Assembly: GCA_008632985.1 (NCBI GenBank)
Contig: QPGO01000072.1
Coordinates: forward strand, 1-64,000
Direction: 5' to 3'
DNA length: 64,000 bases
Source: Psammoneis japonica
Taxonomy: Eukaryota
Shown: piece by piece, positions 22,940 through 35,730 of the stretch
Position numbering within the stretch: the stretch's first letter is position 1
Layout: each line of letters starts with the position of its first letter
Program-made: the position numbers and the translations under genes
Notes under the pieces: generated by a model
What the model saw: the letters and a program-made list of their open reading frames with translations, nothing else
The model's database searches: none
What the model was told of the DNA's origin: nothing

Positions 22940-23530
22940 GTTTTGCGCTCCAGTTCTAATCTCGTGTTCAGACGTTCTTCATACTGTAGTCTAGAAAGTA
23001 TGATCGGGAGATTGCACGGTGTTGTGAGCCGTGGACTTACCATACAAAACTGTCAACAAAAGTGCTGTTTAAACGCATCAATGGTATGATAATGGCATAC
23101 TAACTGAAGTTACAGGTTCCCCCTAGTTTCGGATACCGTTCAATCACAGCTAGAGGGCTGCGTGTACCGAGAGCCATCTGAGTTCACATGCAGGGAAGTT
23201 AGTGAAGGTCGTCTTACCCTTTTGTAAGAACAAGCGCTGCACTCGTATTCCATAGATGCATCAAATGGTATGATGATGGCATGAGACGACATTGTAGTTG
23301 CAGCCACCGCTGTATGTACCCCTAGTAACCCCAAGTTTGCATGCCCGGTGTAAGCAGTGTAGCTCATCTTACCACGCAGGAAGAAGTGCTCTTCAGACGA
23401 ACTGAACCGCAGTATGTTAATGGAAAGATATGAAATTAATTTCTTTGCTAGTTACAATCACAGTTACTTAGCAACCTAAGTTTTTATATGCAGATCGGGG
23501 AGCCTCCAGATTCCCAGAAACGCAGTCGCC

Positions 23531-24187
23531 TTAGACGCAGCAGCAGGACTGTTCTTCGTTGATGTAGTTCTCCTTGGACATGATTCCCATCTTGACCTCC
23601 TGTGAAACAAGCAAACGACAGAGAAACAAGCACGTCTGAAATGAGAAAGGTATCTTATGGGTATTGAGTAGTAGCTGAAAACACAAAATACGCACCCGAA
23701 TGAAGAAAACGTGAGGGTATGCAAAGAAGACCGCCACAAGGAGACTGGCAATACCAAAGGTGATAATGGCCATGATCGCCTCAATGCAAAAGGCAGCAAG
23801 ACCCACACCCACCAACCAAACGTTATACTTGACTGCTCCCACGATACCGCAAGCACTGCAAAGAGCCCGAATCACGGTAATACCAATCGCCACACCCACA
23901 CTCGCTCCGCTAATGCCCGTCATGGCTTCCTTGACCGAGTCATCATCGTAATTTTCGGGATCGACGGCGCTAAGAGCCGCAAGAGACAGAATCCCGAGCA
24001 AGGAAAAAACAATCTGAATGATATTGACGATAATGACAGCACGGCGCATGTCACAGCAACCGCCGCAACACTTGTGACCCTGCTTTCCAACGGTAGGAAT
24101 GTCACTGTCAATCACCTGTCCAGGAACAACCACAACAGGCTTTCCGTCAGGACCAGTCGCCGCGTAATCACTAGCCTTGCCACTCAT
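23531..24187 (-). CDS. Small ~4-TM membrane protein with a Cys cluster and C-terminal CCCV (intron 23600-23695)
   Basis: KCCGGCCDMRRAV, hydrophobic helices, 96-bp GT-AG intron, CaaX-like terminus. Confidence 0.75.
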   Translation of the reverse strand: MSGKASDYAATGPDGKPVVVVPGQVIDSDIPTVGKQGHKCCGGCCDMRRAVIIVNIIQIVFSLLGILSLAALSAVDPENYDDDSVKEAMTGISGASVGVAIGITVIRALCSACGIVGAVKYNVWLVGVGLAAFCIEAIMAIITFGIASLLVAVFFAYPHVFFIRVRILCFQLLLNTHKIPFSFQTCLFLCRLLVSQEVKMGIMSKENYINEEQSCCCV

Positions 24188-24608
24188 GTTTCTGTTTTGT
24201 ACAAGAGCTTCTTTTACGAATTGACGGCCTTTTGTGATGATGTTTGTGTGTTGACTGCGAAAATCGCATTGGCAGTCGTGATCTGTGAGTTCGCCAACAA
24301 AAATGCAAAATGCATGTATACATATCCGATTATATACAAAATTTGGAATAATAAATACTTGTAGTTCAATAAAAATTTGAATTTTATAACAATTCAGCTC
24401 CGAATATGCACATTACAGTTCCAAGACTGCCGCTTCAAAATCGAGCTCCAAAACATAGCTCGTGGAAGATCGCAAGATCTTTCATCTTTCATTTTGAACT
24501 TGCTTTCACCGCTTTCACCCGCGCACCCGCTCTATCTCTCGGCACAGAAGTTGCAAAGGTTGGCGTCAACGACAACGTTAGATTACCACAAACGTCGTGG
24601 TTTTGCTC

Positions 24609-25217
24609 ATGACGACACTCATTCACCGTTCCGTGTCTTGGTTGCTTTTATCCTTGTTCATCATTGCACCCGTTTCATCTTTCATCCCGCCAACCACTTT
24701 TGCCGCTGCATCCTCCTCCTCCAACACTTGTCTCCAATCATCATCATCATCGACCGAGATGGCGACACGTTGGTTTCAACACGAGGTTTCCATCACGGCA
24801 CCATCCCGTGGTTGCCACTTGATTACAAGCGACATCAACAAGGCCATTCAGAATGATTTGAAAAACATCAAAATGGGCATGGCAAATTTGTTTATTCAAC
24901 ACACGAGTGCCTCGCTTACCGTCAATGAAAACGCCGATCCCGACGTGCGACGAGACATGGAGGTTGCCTTGAACAAGATTGTTCCGGCGGAATGGAATCG
25001 TGATGGGACATTTCGTCATACTCTCGAGGGCGACGATGACATGCCGGGACATGTCAAGACAAGTCTCATGGGACCGTCGCTCAACATTCCCATTCGTAAC
25101 GGCCGATTGGCTCTTGGAACGTGGCAAGGCGTGTACCTGAATGAGCACCGTGATCAAGGTGGATGGGGTGGAGGGCATACGAGAAGAATTATCATTACCC
25201 TACAGGGCCAGGGTTGA
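24609..25217 (+). CDS. yjbQ: YjbQ/UPF0047 family protein, probably plastid-targeted
   Basis: FIQHTSASLTVNENADPDVRRD, HTLEGDDDMPGHVK and LALGTWQGVYLNEHR; signal peptide followed by SSFIP. Confidence 0.92.
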   Translation: MTTLIHRSVSWLLLSLFIIAPVSSFIPPTTFAAASSSSNTCLQSSSSSTEMATRWFQHEVSITAPSRGCHLITSDINKAIQNDLKNIKMGMANLFIQHTSASLTVNENADPDVRRDMEVALNKIVPAEWNRDGTFRHTLEGDDDMPGHVKTSLMGPSLNIPIRNGRLALGTWQGVYLNEHRDQGGWGGGHTRRIIITLQGQG

Positions 25218-25658
25218 GTAATTTGTGGCGTTTTGCGTTTGAAATAATCTCATGGATGTTTTAAAAAAGTTTACCATAGGTTGAAAGTAAGGCGTATGCG
25301 TAACTTTCTAGATATTTTGTTTCTTTCACTGAAACGAGACCAGGGAAATAGGTCAATACTGCAGCCAGAGCTCAAATCTTTGTCCGTCTCGATCCGTACT
25401 CGAACTTGCACTCCTCCGATTTTGAAGTGGTTTGCTACTTCTACTTGGATCTTCTTGTGCATCTCCGCTGAGGCTTTGAAAGAGAGTATCTCTCACATCA
25501 ATGTAGATAATGGTAAAATAGATTACGAAAAGTTGAAAGCCCGGTTTGATTTTCTAACATAAAACGTAGGGCCCTACTGGTATTTTCAGACACTCGTTTT
25601 TCACCGCCTTCTGAATTTAGTCAAACGAGTCGATTTATCGACATTCGCGCGGGAAACG

Positions 25659-25679
25659 TGACGTCAATACCTGACGTCA
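25659..25679. promoter_or_regulatory. Two TGACGTCA palindromes (candidate bZIP sites) upstream of the AKR gene
   Basis: TGACGTCA at 25659-25666 and 25672-25679, ~225 bp before ATG 25905. Confidence 0.4.
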
Positions 25680-25904
25680 CTTAACGGTTTGCTGATTTCG
25701 AATTCTGAATCGGGGTGAGAGACGTGTCGAAACAGCTCACAAAGTGATGGGATGAGCAAAGCAAACTCGTGTTATCTATGTTGTTCCGGAGAACAGATCC
25801 TAGCAAGTCACAACAAAAAAAAATACATACGTCATAACAGCTCAAGGGCTCTCACTCGCCTTTCACATCATCACAATTCTGCCAAGTACTACTGTACTTC
25901 CAAA

Positions 25905-27239
25905 ATGATGCCTTCTAAATTTGCAGTCGCAGCGCTGATCCTCGCCGCTTCAACGGATGCGTTTGCGCCCTTTACTGTCAACAAGCAAGCCAAAACATCC
26001 GACGTGACTCATATTGGAGATTTGAAAGTTCCGAGTGTTGGTATTGGAACTATATCATGGTCGAGCGACAGCAGTACGTTCGTTAACTTAGGTCGTTTTC
26101 TCCCGCATTTTTGACGACTCGCATATCTCAATCGCACCTGTTTGCTTTCTTTCTTTGAATCAGTTACAAAATTAGAAAATATGGAGCTTCAATCGCTGGT
26201 GGATACGGCGTATGAGTCCGATGCTGCCTTTTTCGATACAGCTGAACGATATGGAGGCAATCTCAAGACGGCACTCGGACTTGGGTGGGGAGAAACGGAA
26301 ATGCTCACCAACAAGTTGTTGGCTCGATCCAAAGCAATGGACACCTCTTCAAACAACAAAAACAGACTAGCCCCAGTCATTGCCACCAAGTTTACTCCTA
26401 GTCCCTGGAGAACGACGGCTCAGTCAGTAGTGGATGCATGCGAAGACTCTTGCAAGCGATTGGGCGTTGACAAGATTGATTTGTATCAGCTACACATGCC
26501 GGATATCGTGCAGCCACTGAAATTTATGGGATTCGGAGAATCAAAGGATGAAGTCTACTGGGAAGGACTGGCCGAGTGCTACAACCGTGGTCTCGTTTCA
26601 AACGTTGGCGTCTGCAACTACGGACCTACACTAATGGCGAAGTGTCAAGAAGCTCTCGACAAGCGTGGCGTTCCGCTGGCGTCGAATCAGATTGGATACA
26701 GTCTCATTGGAAGACACAATGGCGCGCAAGAAACTCTCGACAAGTGTAATGAGTTGGGAGTCAAGGTACTGGCTTTCTTTCCATTTGCCATGGGTCTCTT
26801 GACGGGAAAATACACTAGCGACTCGATTGAAACCATTGCCGAGGACACCATCACATCACTCACTTCCAGTAAGAAAACCAAACTCGAAGAACGCGACTTG
26901 CACCGCTACCTCAAGGGTGACGGTGTTACCATCCCCAAGGGTGGAATCAGGCCACTTTTAAAAGTCATGGAAACTATTGCGCAGAGACGGGAAAAGACCG
27001 TGTCTCAAGTGGCGCTCAACTACATTGTATGCAAGGGAGCAATCCCCATTCCGGGAGCAAGAACGGCTGCCCAACTTCGTGACAACATGGGAGCCATGGG
27101 ATGGCGTCTTGATGAAACTGAAATTGCAATGTTGGAAGCAGAAGCGGATAAACTCGGGTTTGGATTTGATGGCGCTGGATTCAAGAGAACGAGCGAAAAG
27201 TTCGTTGGATACGGTGTTGAACGGTGGACGCTGGATTGA
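25905..27239 (+). CDS. Aldo-keto reductase (pyridoxal reductase-like), plastid-targeted; intron ~26074-26163
   Basis: TDAFAP presequence; GIGTISW, FFDTAERYG, IATKF, IDLYQLHMP, VGVCNYG and IPIPGAR. Confidence 0.9.
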
Positions 27240-27358
27240 TATTCTTACGGCAACGAGTAGTCCCTTGACTTTTGCACAAACATTATACATCATTGAACAT
27301 AGCATCCATAGTACACACTTAATGCCCCGTGTATGTCTTAGACTACTGTCGTTACTCT

Positions 27359-29170
27359 CTACTCCTTCTCGCTTCGACCGCAGGAGACTCTGTAGACGCT
27401 CAAGTTGAAATCGCGCATCCACTCAGCAAGAGTGTATGCTTTTTGAAAAGGAGGAAGATCTTCGGTTGTCAAGTGCCAATAGTATGAATCTATAGTCTGG
27501 CATTCAAACGAGCCCCTACTCAGAGAGCATTTACTAGAGGATATGAAATTGTCGCCAGAAACTAGTGTGGGAGAAACCAAATGAACGTATTCTTCTTCTC
27601 CTCCAACACCACAATCCAAGTATGCGTTGATCGACCTATCCAGAACGGCAAAATCGGCTCCTTGTAGGTCCACGACAGGATACTCTGGACACCCACGTGG
27701 TTGCATTTGTTGCAAACACGTCTCATCCGAGTCAGCTTCCTCGCGTAAAGGACAAGAAGTGGCGGCTCCAACTTTGTCTGGGCTTTGTCGGGTAAGAAAG
27801 GATGGTGGCATGTATGTATGAAAGTACAATAGTGCTTTCGGATGATAATGATTGGCCTGACGTCGATTATTCAAGAGAGACCGAACTACTCCACCTTGAT
27901 GCAAGACTCCAAACAAGACAAGGAGAATGCAATTGAATACAATCCAAATGACAACAAATAAAAGACGTCGAAATCTGGTTGGGAAACAGACAAGCGATTC
28001 TCCAGCCAAGATTGCCACTGGGATTGTCAATGGAAGTAAGAAGCGTGGTTCTTGATGCGGCGCCAACGACAGCAATACCAGTCCCGATAGAAGGACCCAC
28101 CCACTGAGTCTTGTTGAGGTAGCTGTTTGACGTTGTTCCGGAGTAAGTGAGCTGGTTTTTTCTGGTCGCTTTATACTCTGAAGCAATACCTTCGATAGTA
28201 ACGTATAGCAAAGAATGACTGACGGACCAAAGAGTATATGCATATTGACCACCGCATGTGTCCACTTTGGATGTAAGCCGTGTTGACGTAAATTGTCCAC
28301 CTTGGAGTTGTACAGAAACGCATTGACGGGTGTCACAAAGGATGACCAAGCACCGCCGCTGTTGCTGCTTCTCGAATTGTAAAAGCTGTAGTCTGCATAA
28401 ATCGTACCAATGCTTGTCAAGGTAAAGCCAAACAAGACAGGTACAATAGCATCAAGGAAGACTTGTCCAGCGACCCTTGCAGGACTGTACCTGTCTGGAG
28501 CCTTGGTACTTCTCTTTCTGCTTCGTGCTTGATCTGCTGGCGCAGATACTCAAAACCCAACGGAAGAGCAAAGCATACAAAGGTAAACCGAGTAAAGACA
28601 CCCATGGCACAAACCATGCCTATAAAAATAGCTCGCTTTGTTGAGACTTTGTTCCTGCCAAGAGTTACAACCAGCCAGAACAAGAGGGCAAACCAAACTG
28701 TTTCCAGCGTGTTGGTAAACGGACGAGTCAACATATCATTGTGGGCCACGAAGAGGCTAGTAAAAGCATCGCTAATGGTACTGATCCGTTCGTCTTTTGG
28801 TACTCAGTTTCCAAACGACACCGTCTACCACAAGTATCGTCAACATGGCACAAAACACCCGAGGTACAACAAGCACTTCCAAACCAGAAACCGTAGTTTC
28901 TTTTCTCCGCAAACGAGAATAAATGACAAGCGGTATCTTGGTCATGATTGTGGGCGGAACAATGGATCGTAAGGCATGTTTTGGCTCAAATTCCCACGGT
29001 ACAAAGGAGGAGGAGCATCCATACCACAACTCTTGTCCTCCCTGAAAGAATTCATCCGGATGAACGTATCCTCCCAAGCAGAAAATTGCCGCCGACAATC
29101 TCAGAATCAAAAGAAAGATGTAGAGAGCCCATGATTTAGAGAACGGCTCCTTTATGATACTATCCGTCAT
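27359..29170 (-). CDS. PIGZ: GPI mannosyltransferase 4 (PIG-Z/Smp3), broken by three apparent 1-bp deletions
   Basis: GYVHPDEFFQG, PWEF, LRS, LLASSWP, TRPFTNTLE, RFTF, HGLHP.WTH and LSLAPHQEPRFLLPL across four consecutive frames; the breaks near 28795 and 28735 leave no room for introns. Confidence 0.85.
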
Positions 29171-29400
29171 GCTTGTGCCTCTTTTATAACATTATGAAGT
29201 GAGTACCATTGTCAAGCTGTATGGTGCACGTTGCGCTTCGCTTCATCATGACTCCATGGCGGAGTCTGAAAATGAAAAATGATCGCGAAGATCCCCGAAG
29301 CGCACGCGCACTTTCACGTAATGCATGTTAGACTTCTGTGCTTTATGTTTGACTCATTACCTGCCTCCGCCAATTTTCACAGAAAAAAGAGAACACCACC

Positions 29401-32400
29401 ATGGCGGCCGACGAGGAGAGCAATGGGCGTCACCGTGACAAGAACCGAAGAGAATCACTACAGGCCTTAGAACGGACATGTGAAGAAGACGAAGAGAATG
29501 ACGAAACATTCTTGGACGCAGCCTTGCGAGCCATTCCGTCGTTGCATCATCACAAATCCTCTAATGATGATTCTTTGGAAGCATCATCTTCTTCTTCTCC
29601 GCTAACATCAACAACTCTGTCGCAGAAACGACCGCCGTTGGAACGACGACGAAACAGCATGGCTTTAGCGAGAATTTTAGAATCACTATCCACAGTGGAT
29701 GATGCTTTGGACGAATCAGACCGACTACGACGAGGTGGTGTTTCCTTTGCCAACAAGAGCCGCCTATCGCATTCCACCAGCGGTTTTCCAAACAATTCAG
29801 ACAGCAACAGCACCCATCACGAACAACAACAAGATTCGTCTAGACGAATACACACTGTAGATAGTATTTATCAAAGCGATCAAGATTTGTTAATGAGTCC
29901 AGAGGTACGATCGTTTCTGCAAAGAGTGATTCAAGAGGAATTTCCAAAAGAAGTTCACCCCAATTTGAGAGATTTAATTCACATTGGCAAGTCAAGAGGT
30001 CGACAATGCTTGTACAAACCAGGTGGGTTTCTCGAGAGTTCAGAACGAATGTGATGGATACCCTGCTTAGTCTGAAATAGGAAAGCGATTCGCTGGTGAC
30101 CGCAGAACAGGGAAGCAAAACTCACTCTGGCGCCGCTCTCGTTTTAATTTATACAGGAGACTGGGTCGAGATCCAGGGCGGTGATATGAAGTGGAAGTTA
30201 GAAATGATAACCAGAGTGGTAAAACAAGCCCCACCCGATTGGGACTGGAATGACCCAGCCAATGCCGACAGGGATCCCCAGTGGGAATACTTTTTTCATG
30301 CGGGCCGCAAGCGCATGTTGCCACCTCAGGAGCTACGGTCGCCCAAGGAGGGATTGTTGCGCTTGTTTGGTACCCGACCGTTTCTGTGGCAACAATGGGT
30401 TTGTCTCAAGTTGGAACAAACGTGAGTGCGCGCTTCTCTCTGTATCTGTGACTGCGTCGCATGAACCAAATATGATAGTGTACAAATCAGATCTTTCTCC
30501 GACTGTTGTTCCTCCGCAGGCTACGATTCCAGAAAGGCCACCAGAATGATTTTGAGTGGAAGGACATTCAAAAGTTTGCGTTTGACTACTGGGAACGATG
30601 GCTGATTCACCCCAAGAATTCAGACTTTTACAACCATTTTCATAGCAACCTGATTGGCGACTTTGGACGACAACAACTGGTGGATCACATTATGCGTCCC
30701 TTCCATCTAATGGAGCAAATAAAGCATGATAAGGAGAGGTGGAACTTTCACGACGATGACTCTATTTCAGTCTACTCGTACCTCAGTATCTTTGGGACAA
30801 CGTTTTTCTTGCCCCTTGTCATTATCCTGCTACAGTTCTTCATTCCTACGCTCTTGTTTTTGCATTTGGATACAAAAGAAGAGTCAGGCAGCAGAGGAGG
30901 CGAATTGTGTAAAGGGTGTGTTTCGTATGCGCTGTATTTCCATATTGTGCTTTTTCTGGTTGTACCTAATTCGTTAGCTTTCTTTTATGTCCCTCTCGCT
31001 CTAGATTTGATAATTTGGTCTGGTATGGCACTGTAGGAGAGGAATGCGAGATCAGTCGTGTCGCACAAGGAATGGCCATTGTGGTATTGTCCTATTACAT
31101 GTGTAAGATCGTTCCTGACTCATTCGCTAGTTTCTACAATGTCCTTGGCGATGCCGACACAGCCTACTCGAAGCTTCAATCCATGAGGCATCAGATTTGG
31201 AAGCGTCATGACGATCGCTTCGGGCAAGTTGTGGGTTATCAGATGGATATTTACATGAACACTGCCTACGTTTGTGTCTTGTACATGCTCAACATTCTGG
31301 TCATTATCAATACAAATGACGCCTTTGAGATAATTTTAAACGCGCTCGCCTTTGAGTGGGTAATCCGTCTAGACCATGAATTTTCCAAGTCCAGATGGTG
31401 GGATTCTGACAAGAGATGGATACGAGCAGGTGCACTCGAGTTGGTACTGCAGAGAACTATTCTAAAGAGAACCTTGTCGTGCTCCCGGCTTTTTAGCGAC
31501 GAATTTAACGTCGATGAAAAGATCCTCAATGGCATTGAGCATCCAGAGGACTCCTCCGTCGTCACAAAGAATGGTCAGAGATGCCGGAAGACGGGAGGCC
31601 AGCTGCTAAAAGATAAAGCCTTGGCGGCGGAGGATGCCGAAAACGAAGACTTTATGACCAATGCCGAGAAAGTTAATTTCCAGTGCCGAAAGATATCTAT
31701 TGAGTTGGAGAATAAACATGCCATTGATGAATACGAAAAGCATCCAGTAGATTTCGGGGTTATCCGGAGTTTTATCAGGTTTGTCTCTGGTAGGCGTGGA
31801 GGCGGGCTGTTCAACAGGTAAATATCGAGAGAGAATGACGTCTCCGGGAATGCTTGTTTTATCGAGTCTAATTTGTTTTCCCCACAAAACTTCACTACTT
31901 TGCTATCCATTCAGGCACGCAGCCTTTCGAACATGGTCGAGGTGAGTTCTCGATCTCGCTCTGGCAAAGTTCTAGTATAGTCTGCTGCAACATCTCCAAC
32001 GCCTTTGCCCCCCTTGCGATGATTCTTCTCTAGATGGGAAAAGCTTTTGTTTCTGCCGCCAATACCGAATCTTGATGAAATCCTTGATGCGGATAGTTCC
32101 GGAAATGCACACGTCAAACGGGAACTGAAGGATATAGTTCCAACATCACATCTACGATTTGCTAATTTTTCAGAACGAAACCACAACACCAGCGAATGGG
32201 AAATGTTTCGAACGAATTACGTCAACGTCGTGACACTGAAATCTACTTGTTCGACTATCAAAGCTGTTTCAAAGGAAAAAGATCTCAGCTGGCGACGGTA
32301 CGTAGTTCTGGTTCGCAGCCGTGGATGTGAATTCTGGAGCTGGACATTTGTATGACATGGGTAGTTTGATCGTCATAAACCAATGCCTTACTACGCTTGA

Positions 32401-32553
32401 TCCGTTTCTCGCACTTTCAGGTCAATCGTCACTGTTCTCCTCGACGGTCCCGCGAAATGGCTGGCATTTGTTATACAGGGTGTGTTTCCGTTCTACAACA
32501 TCGTTTGCTTGATTGCTGTCGTTGTAGCAACTACCAGGGGGGAGGTACCTTGA
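29401..32553 (+). CDS. Multi-exon membrane protein of unknown function
   Basis: Colinear ORFs 29401, 30096, 30506, 31015 and 32047 separated by GT-AG introns; several TM helices; last exon ends at TGA 32551-32553. The junction near 30020-30150 is unresolved. Confidence 0.65.
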
Positions 32554-32773
32554 GAAATGAACATCGGTAACCCGCTTTAGTCCATGCATTCTCAAAAAGA
32601 AGACGTGCGACTCGATCTATTTGACAATTGAGAAGAACTTAGCCGACGGGAGACGCATCTATGGACGGCAAATTCTTGCGGTCGTAAGCGGTTGATCGTA
32701 GTGTTCGATTTACTTTATGAATAGGTAAATTGAGTTGAGTCTCGCGACTCGACACCGACTCTGGTGTTCCCTA

Positions 32774-35389
32774 CTAGACGCCATCTGCAGTCACCCCTAC
32801 AGAAAATACATGGTCTCCTTCGATGTAGAGGACGAACACAACGCCATTTGCCAACACATCTTTATTTGTGGAATCTTCGTGAGTGTGTGCCTTTACACTG
32901 TCTTGCCTGAGAATCTCTTGTCCATACGCAACGGCTGCGGCCCGCCCCTTGTCACTGAGTTTTCGGCGACTCCTGCTTTTCTCTCCTTGGCCGTGAAATT
33001 CAACAAGGGGCACAGAATTATGAATAATACCTTGTTCCTCTTCTTGCATGATCCGCCGTCTTTTGAACTCACACATATACGAATTGAGTGGCTCTGCCGT
33101 CCTATAGCTGACTTGATAACCCATATCCTCCAAAGAACCAATCGTGATTGCTGAGAGCGTCGAATTTAGACCACTAAGCTCCTCCACCCCCACTCCGGTC
33201 ATAATCTCGGAATCAAGGTAGAACTCGTTCCAGTGGACATAAATGTTGCCAGAGTCCCCTTTGTTCTCAATCGGTGGACATCCAGTACAATCAGTCACGC
33301 GTTCGTATTCCCTACAAGCTGCAGTACCCTGGTTGTACCTCATGACATTGTCTGGACCAAATCCGACCAAATCTAATGCTTGCCATATCGTTCCAATTCC
33401 CACAGCATGACCAAGCTCGTGAAGGATTATGTCCGTTAAAGTTCCATTCCTCTCGAACCTATCGACATCATAAGAATCTATTCTCATGCGTGCGGTAGCG
33501 GGGAGCCAACTCGAATTTCTATACGTCGTGACTCGAATGTCTCCACCAATTCCAAGTGGTTTGTCCATGGGTTCAACTGAAATGCAAACGAGAAGGTCAT
33601 CTACGATCCCCGGGGCTTTTGTACAACCACTCGGTATTCTACCACCGAGATTATACGACGGAAGGTCTCCTGTGATGACTTCTTCCCAACGAGCTACTGC
33701 ATCAGCTGTTGCCACCCGAAAACCAGGGCTGACGTTCCCAGTAATCTCAACATCAATGTTGTATTCGGATTCTCGACTCCTCGGAGCCGTTAGAACATAA
33801 ACAGATCCCGTATCTTCGCCATTCGCATCATGTCCAATTCCACCAACTCCAACCACTGTTCCATCCGCCGACAAGGACACGGAACCTCCAAATTCATCAT
33901 AGTCAGCACCACCATTCATATCATCACCAACCTGTTTCCATGTTGATGTGTTTGTGTCGAATTGAAAGATCCTAACCTGACCCGCATCGGTTAATCCCTG
34001 GTGATTATGATGATCACTTCCTACTGCTACCACATTTCCAGCTCCGTTCAAAGACACCGAACGCCCAAACCGGTCATCCCTCTGGTTACCCATTAGTGCT
34101 TGACCACGCTGTTTCCAGGTCGACGTTGTGCGGTCATATTCAAAAACAAAGCACCCTCCACGTTCAGGGGCACCCACTGCCATCACCAGGCCACTGTCAT
34201 CCAAAGAAATTGAATACCCAAAGTTACTCCTCCAGTCTTGTCCAATGATTGGATTGCCCAATGGCTCCCACAACCCTGTTGAGGAGTTGAATTCAAACAC
34301 AGACACCTGACCAGTACCATTATCCTCGCCCCAAGTAGCCCCATCATCGCCAACTACGTCAGACCCAACGCCAACGATGGTTCCCGAGCTGCTTAAAGAA
34401 ACAGACCAACCGAAAACACTGTCAGTTTGGCCAAGAAGCTTCTGTCCAAGTTCTTCCCATGATTCTACCATACGGTTGTATTGAAACAACCGCACCGATC
34501 CTGCTATCTGACCGTCGTCCATCTTACCAAAAGGAGATCCAACGGCAAGAATGTCTCCTGCTTTGGAGAGGGAGACGGAATGACCAAAAAGATCATGATC
34601 GTTTATCCCTTCAAGGTCACCACCAAGCTGGACCCAATTGCTGTGAAAGTAATTAAATTCGTAAACCCGAACACGGCCATAATCCGTCTGATGAGAACGG
34701 TCACGCCCCGGTGCCCCAACCGCCAGTATTGTGCCATCACCATTCAATGACACGGACTCCCCGAATCTATCTCCGTGAGACTCACTGTAAGCATCACTTT
34801 CAATGTAATTACCCATCCTCGTCCACGCCTCGGTGGCTTGATTGAACTGAAGTATATGCACGTAACCTTCCGATTTGGCATGTGGCCAACCTGTCACGCC
34901 GACAGCCACGACATTTGCGTCGCGTGACAATGAGACAGAGCTGCCATAAAAGTCAAACGGAGTCAAGCCATGCAATACTTCTCCAACGGGTTGCCACGGA
35001 CCGTGGCCACTGAGTGGGAGAGTGGAGGACGGTGTATGACTCGTAGACGACAGACCCGGCTTGTCTGTGTCGTTGTTGCTTCTGGGTTTTGTGTCGTCGT
35101 TGTTGTTGCTGGAAAGTAGAACCGGAACTGTCACAGCAACCGCAGCAACAACCAGCAAGAATGTAGTTCCCAGAGCAATCAAACGGCAGCGCTTCCTCGT
35201 CCTATCTTGATTGATAGATGCGTTATCGGTTTCGCTACTGGAAACCACGACTTGAGGCGCTTGTTCCTTCACGGCTTCTTCTTTTTCCCCGGCCGTTCCG
35301 CTTCCTTCCTGCTTGCCTCTATTGCCATGCCTGTCGCACATGTCATGGCTTTCCACCTTGTTTGGCATCGGTTTGCTGAGATGATTCAT
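32774..35389 (-). CDS. Type II membrane protein: FG-GAP-like beta-propeller plus leishmanolysin-like (M8) zinc metalloprotease
   Basis: N-terminal TM; seven FG.SVSL..G..(L/V)AVG repeats; ILHELGHAVGIG, HWNE and EIMTG. Confidence 0.85.
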   Translation of the reverse strand: MNHLSKPMPNKVESHDMCDRHGNRGKQEGSGTAGEKEEAVKEQAPQVVVSSSETDNASINQDRTRKRCRLIALGTTFLLVVAAVAVTVPVLLSSNNNDDTKPRSNNDTDKPGLSSTSHTPSSTLPLSGHGPWQPVGEVLHGLTPFDFYGSSVSLSRDANVVAVGVTGWPHAKSEGYVHILQFNQATEAWTRMGNYIESDAYSESHGDRFGESVSLNGDGTILAVGAPGRDRSHQTDYGRVRVYEFNYFHSNWVQLGGDLEGINDHDLFGHSVSLSKAGDILAVGSPFGKMDDGQIAGSVRLFQYNRMVESWEELGQKLLGQTDSVFGWSVSLSSSGTIVGVGSDVVGDDGATWGEDNGTGQVSVFEFNSSTGLWEPLGNPIIGQDWRSNFGYSISLDDSGLVMAVGAPERGGCFVFEYDRTTSTWKQRGQALMGNQRDDRFGRSVSLNGAGNVVAVGSDHHNHQGLTDAGQVRIFQFDTNTSTWKQVGDDMNGGADYDEFGGSVSLSADGTVVGVGGIGHDANGEDTGSVYVLTAPRSRESEYNIDVEITGNVSPGFRVATADAVARWEEVITGDLPSYNLGGRIPSGCTKAPGIVDDLLVCISVEPMDKPLGIGGDIRVTTYRNSSWLPATARMRIDSYDVDRFERNGTLTDIILHELGHAVGIGTIWQALDLVGFGPDNVMRYNQGTAACREYERVTDCTGCPPIENKGDSGNIYVHWNEFYLDSEIMTGVGVEELSGLNSTLSAITIGSLEDMGYQVSYRTAEPLNSYMCEFKRRRIMQEEEQGIIHNSVPLVEFHGQGEKSRSRRKLSDKGRAAAVAYGQEILRQDSVKAHTHEDSTNKDVLANGVVFVLYIEGDHVFSVGVTADGV

Positions 35390-35730
35390 TGTTGATTTCC
35401 TTTCACGTGACTACTTTTTTCTTTCTGAATTATGAGGTGATATTTTGAAACATGATTGTTATCGCGCAAACAAGGTTCGGGGTTCGGGTTCGGATGGAAC
35501 TCAACATCGATTTGAGTTCCGGGTCCGTTGCTTGTGACGATTCAACATGAACAGGAGCTGCTTGTCATTGACTTCTCTACTTTCTACTTGAAAGGATCAA
35601 AAGCTTGGCCATATCACCGACTGCAGTACATACCTTTCTCTTAGAAGAGAGCCGTTCTTCGTTCTCTTCTCCCATCTCGTTCATGGTGCAAGTTGCAAAG
35701 TGGCGGGTGGCGGGTGGCAATCGGCAAAAT

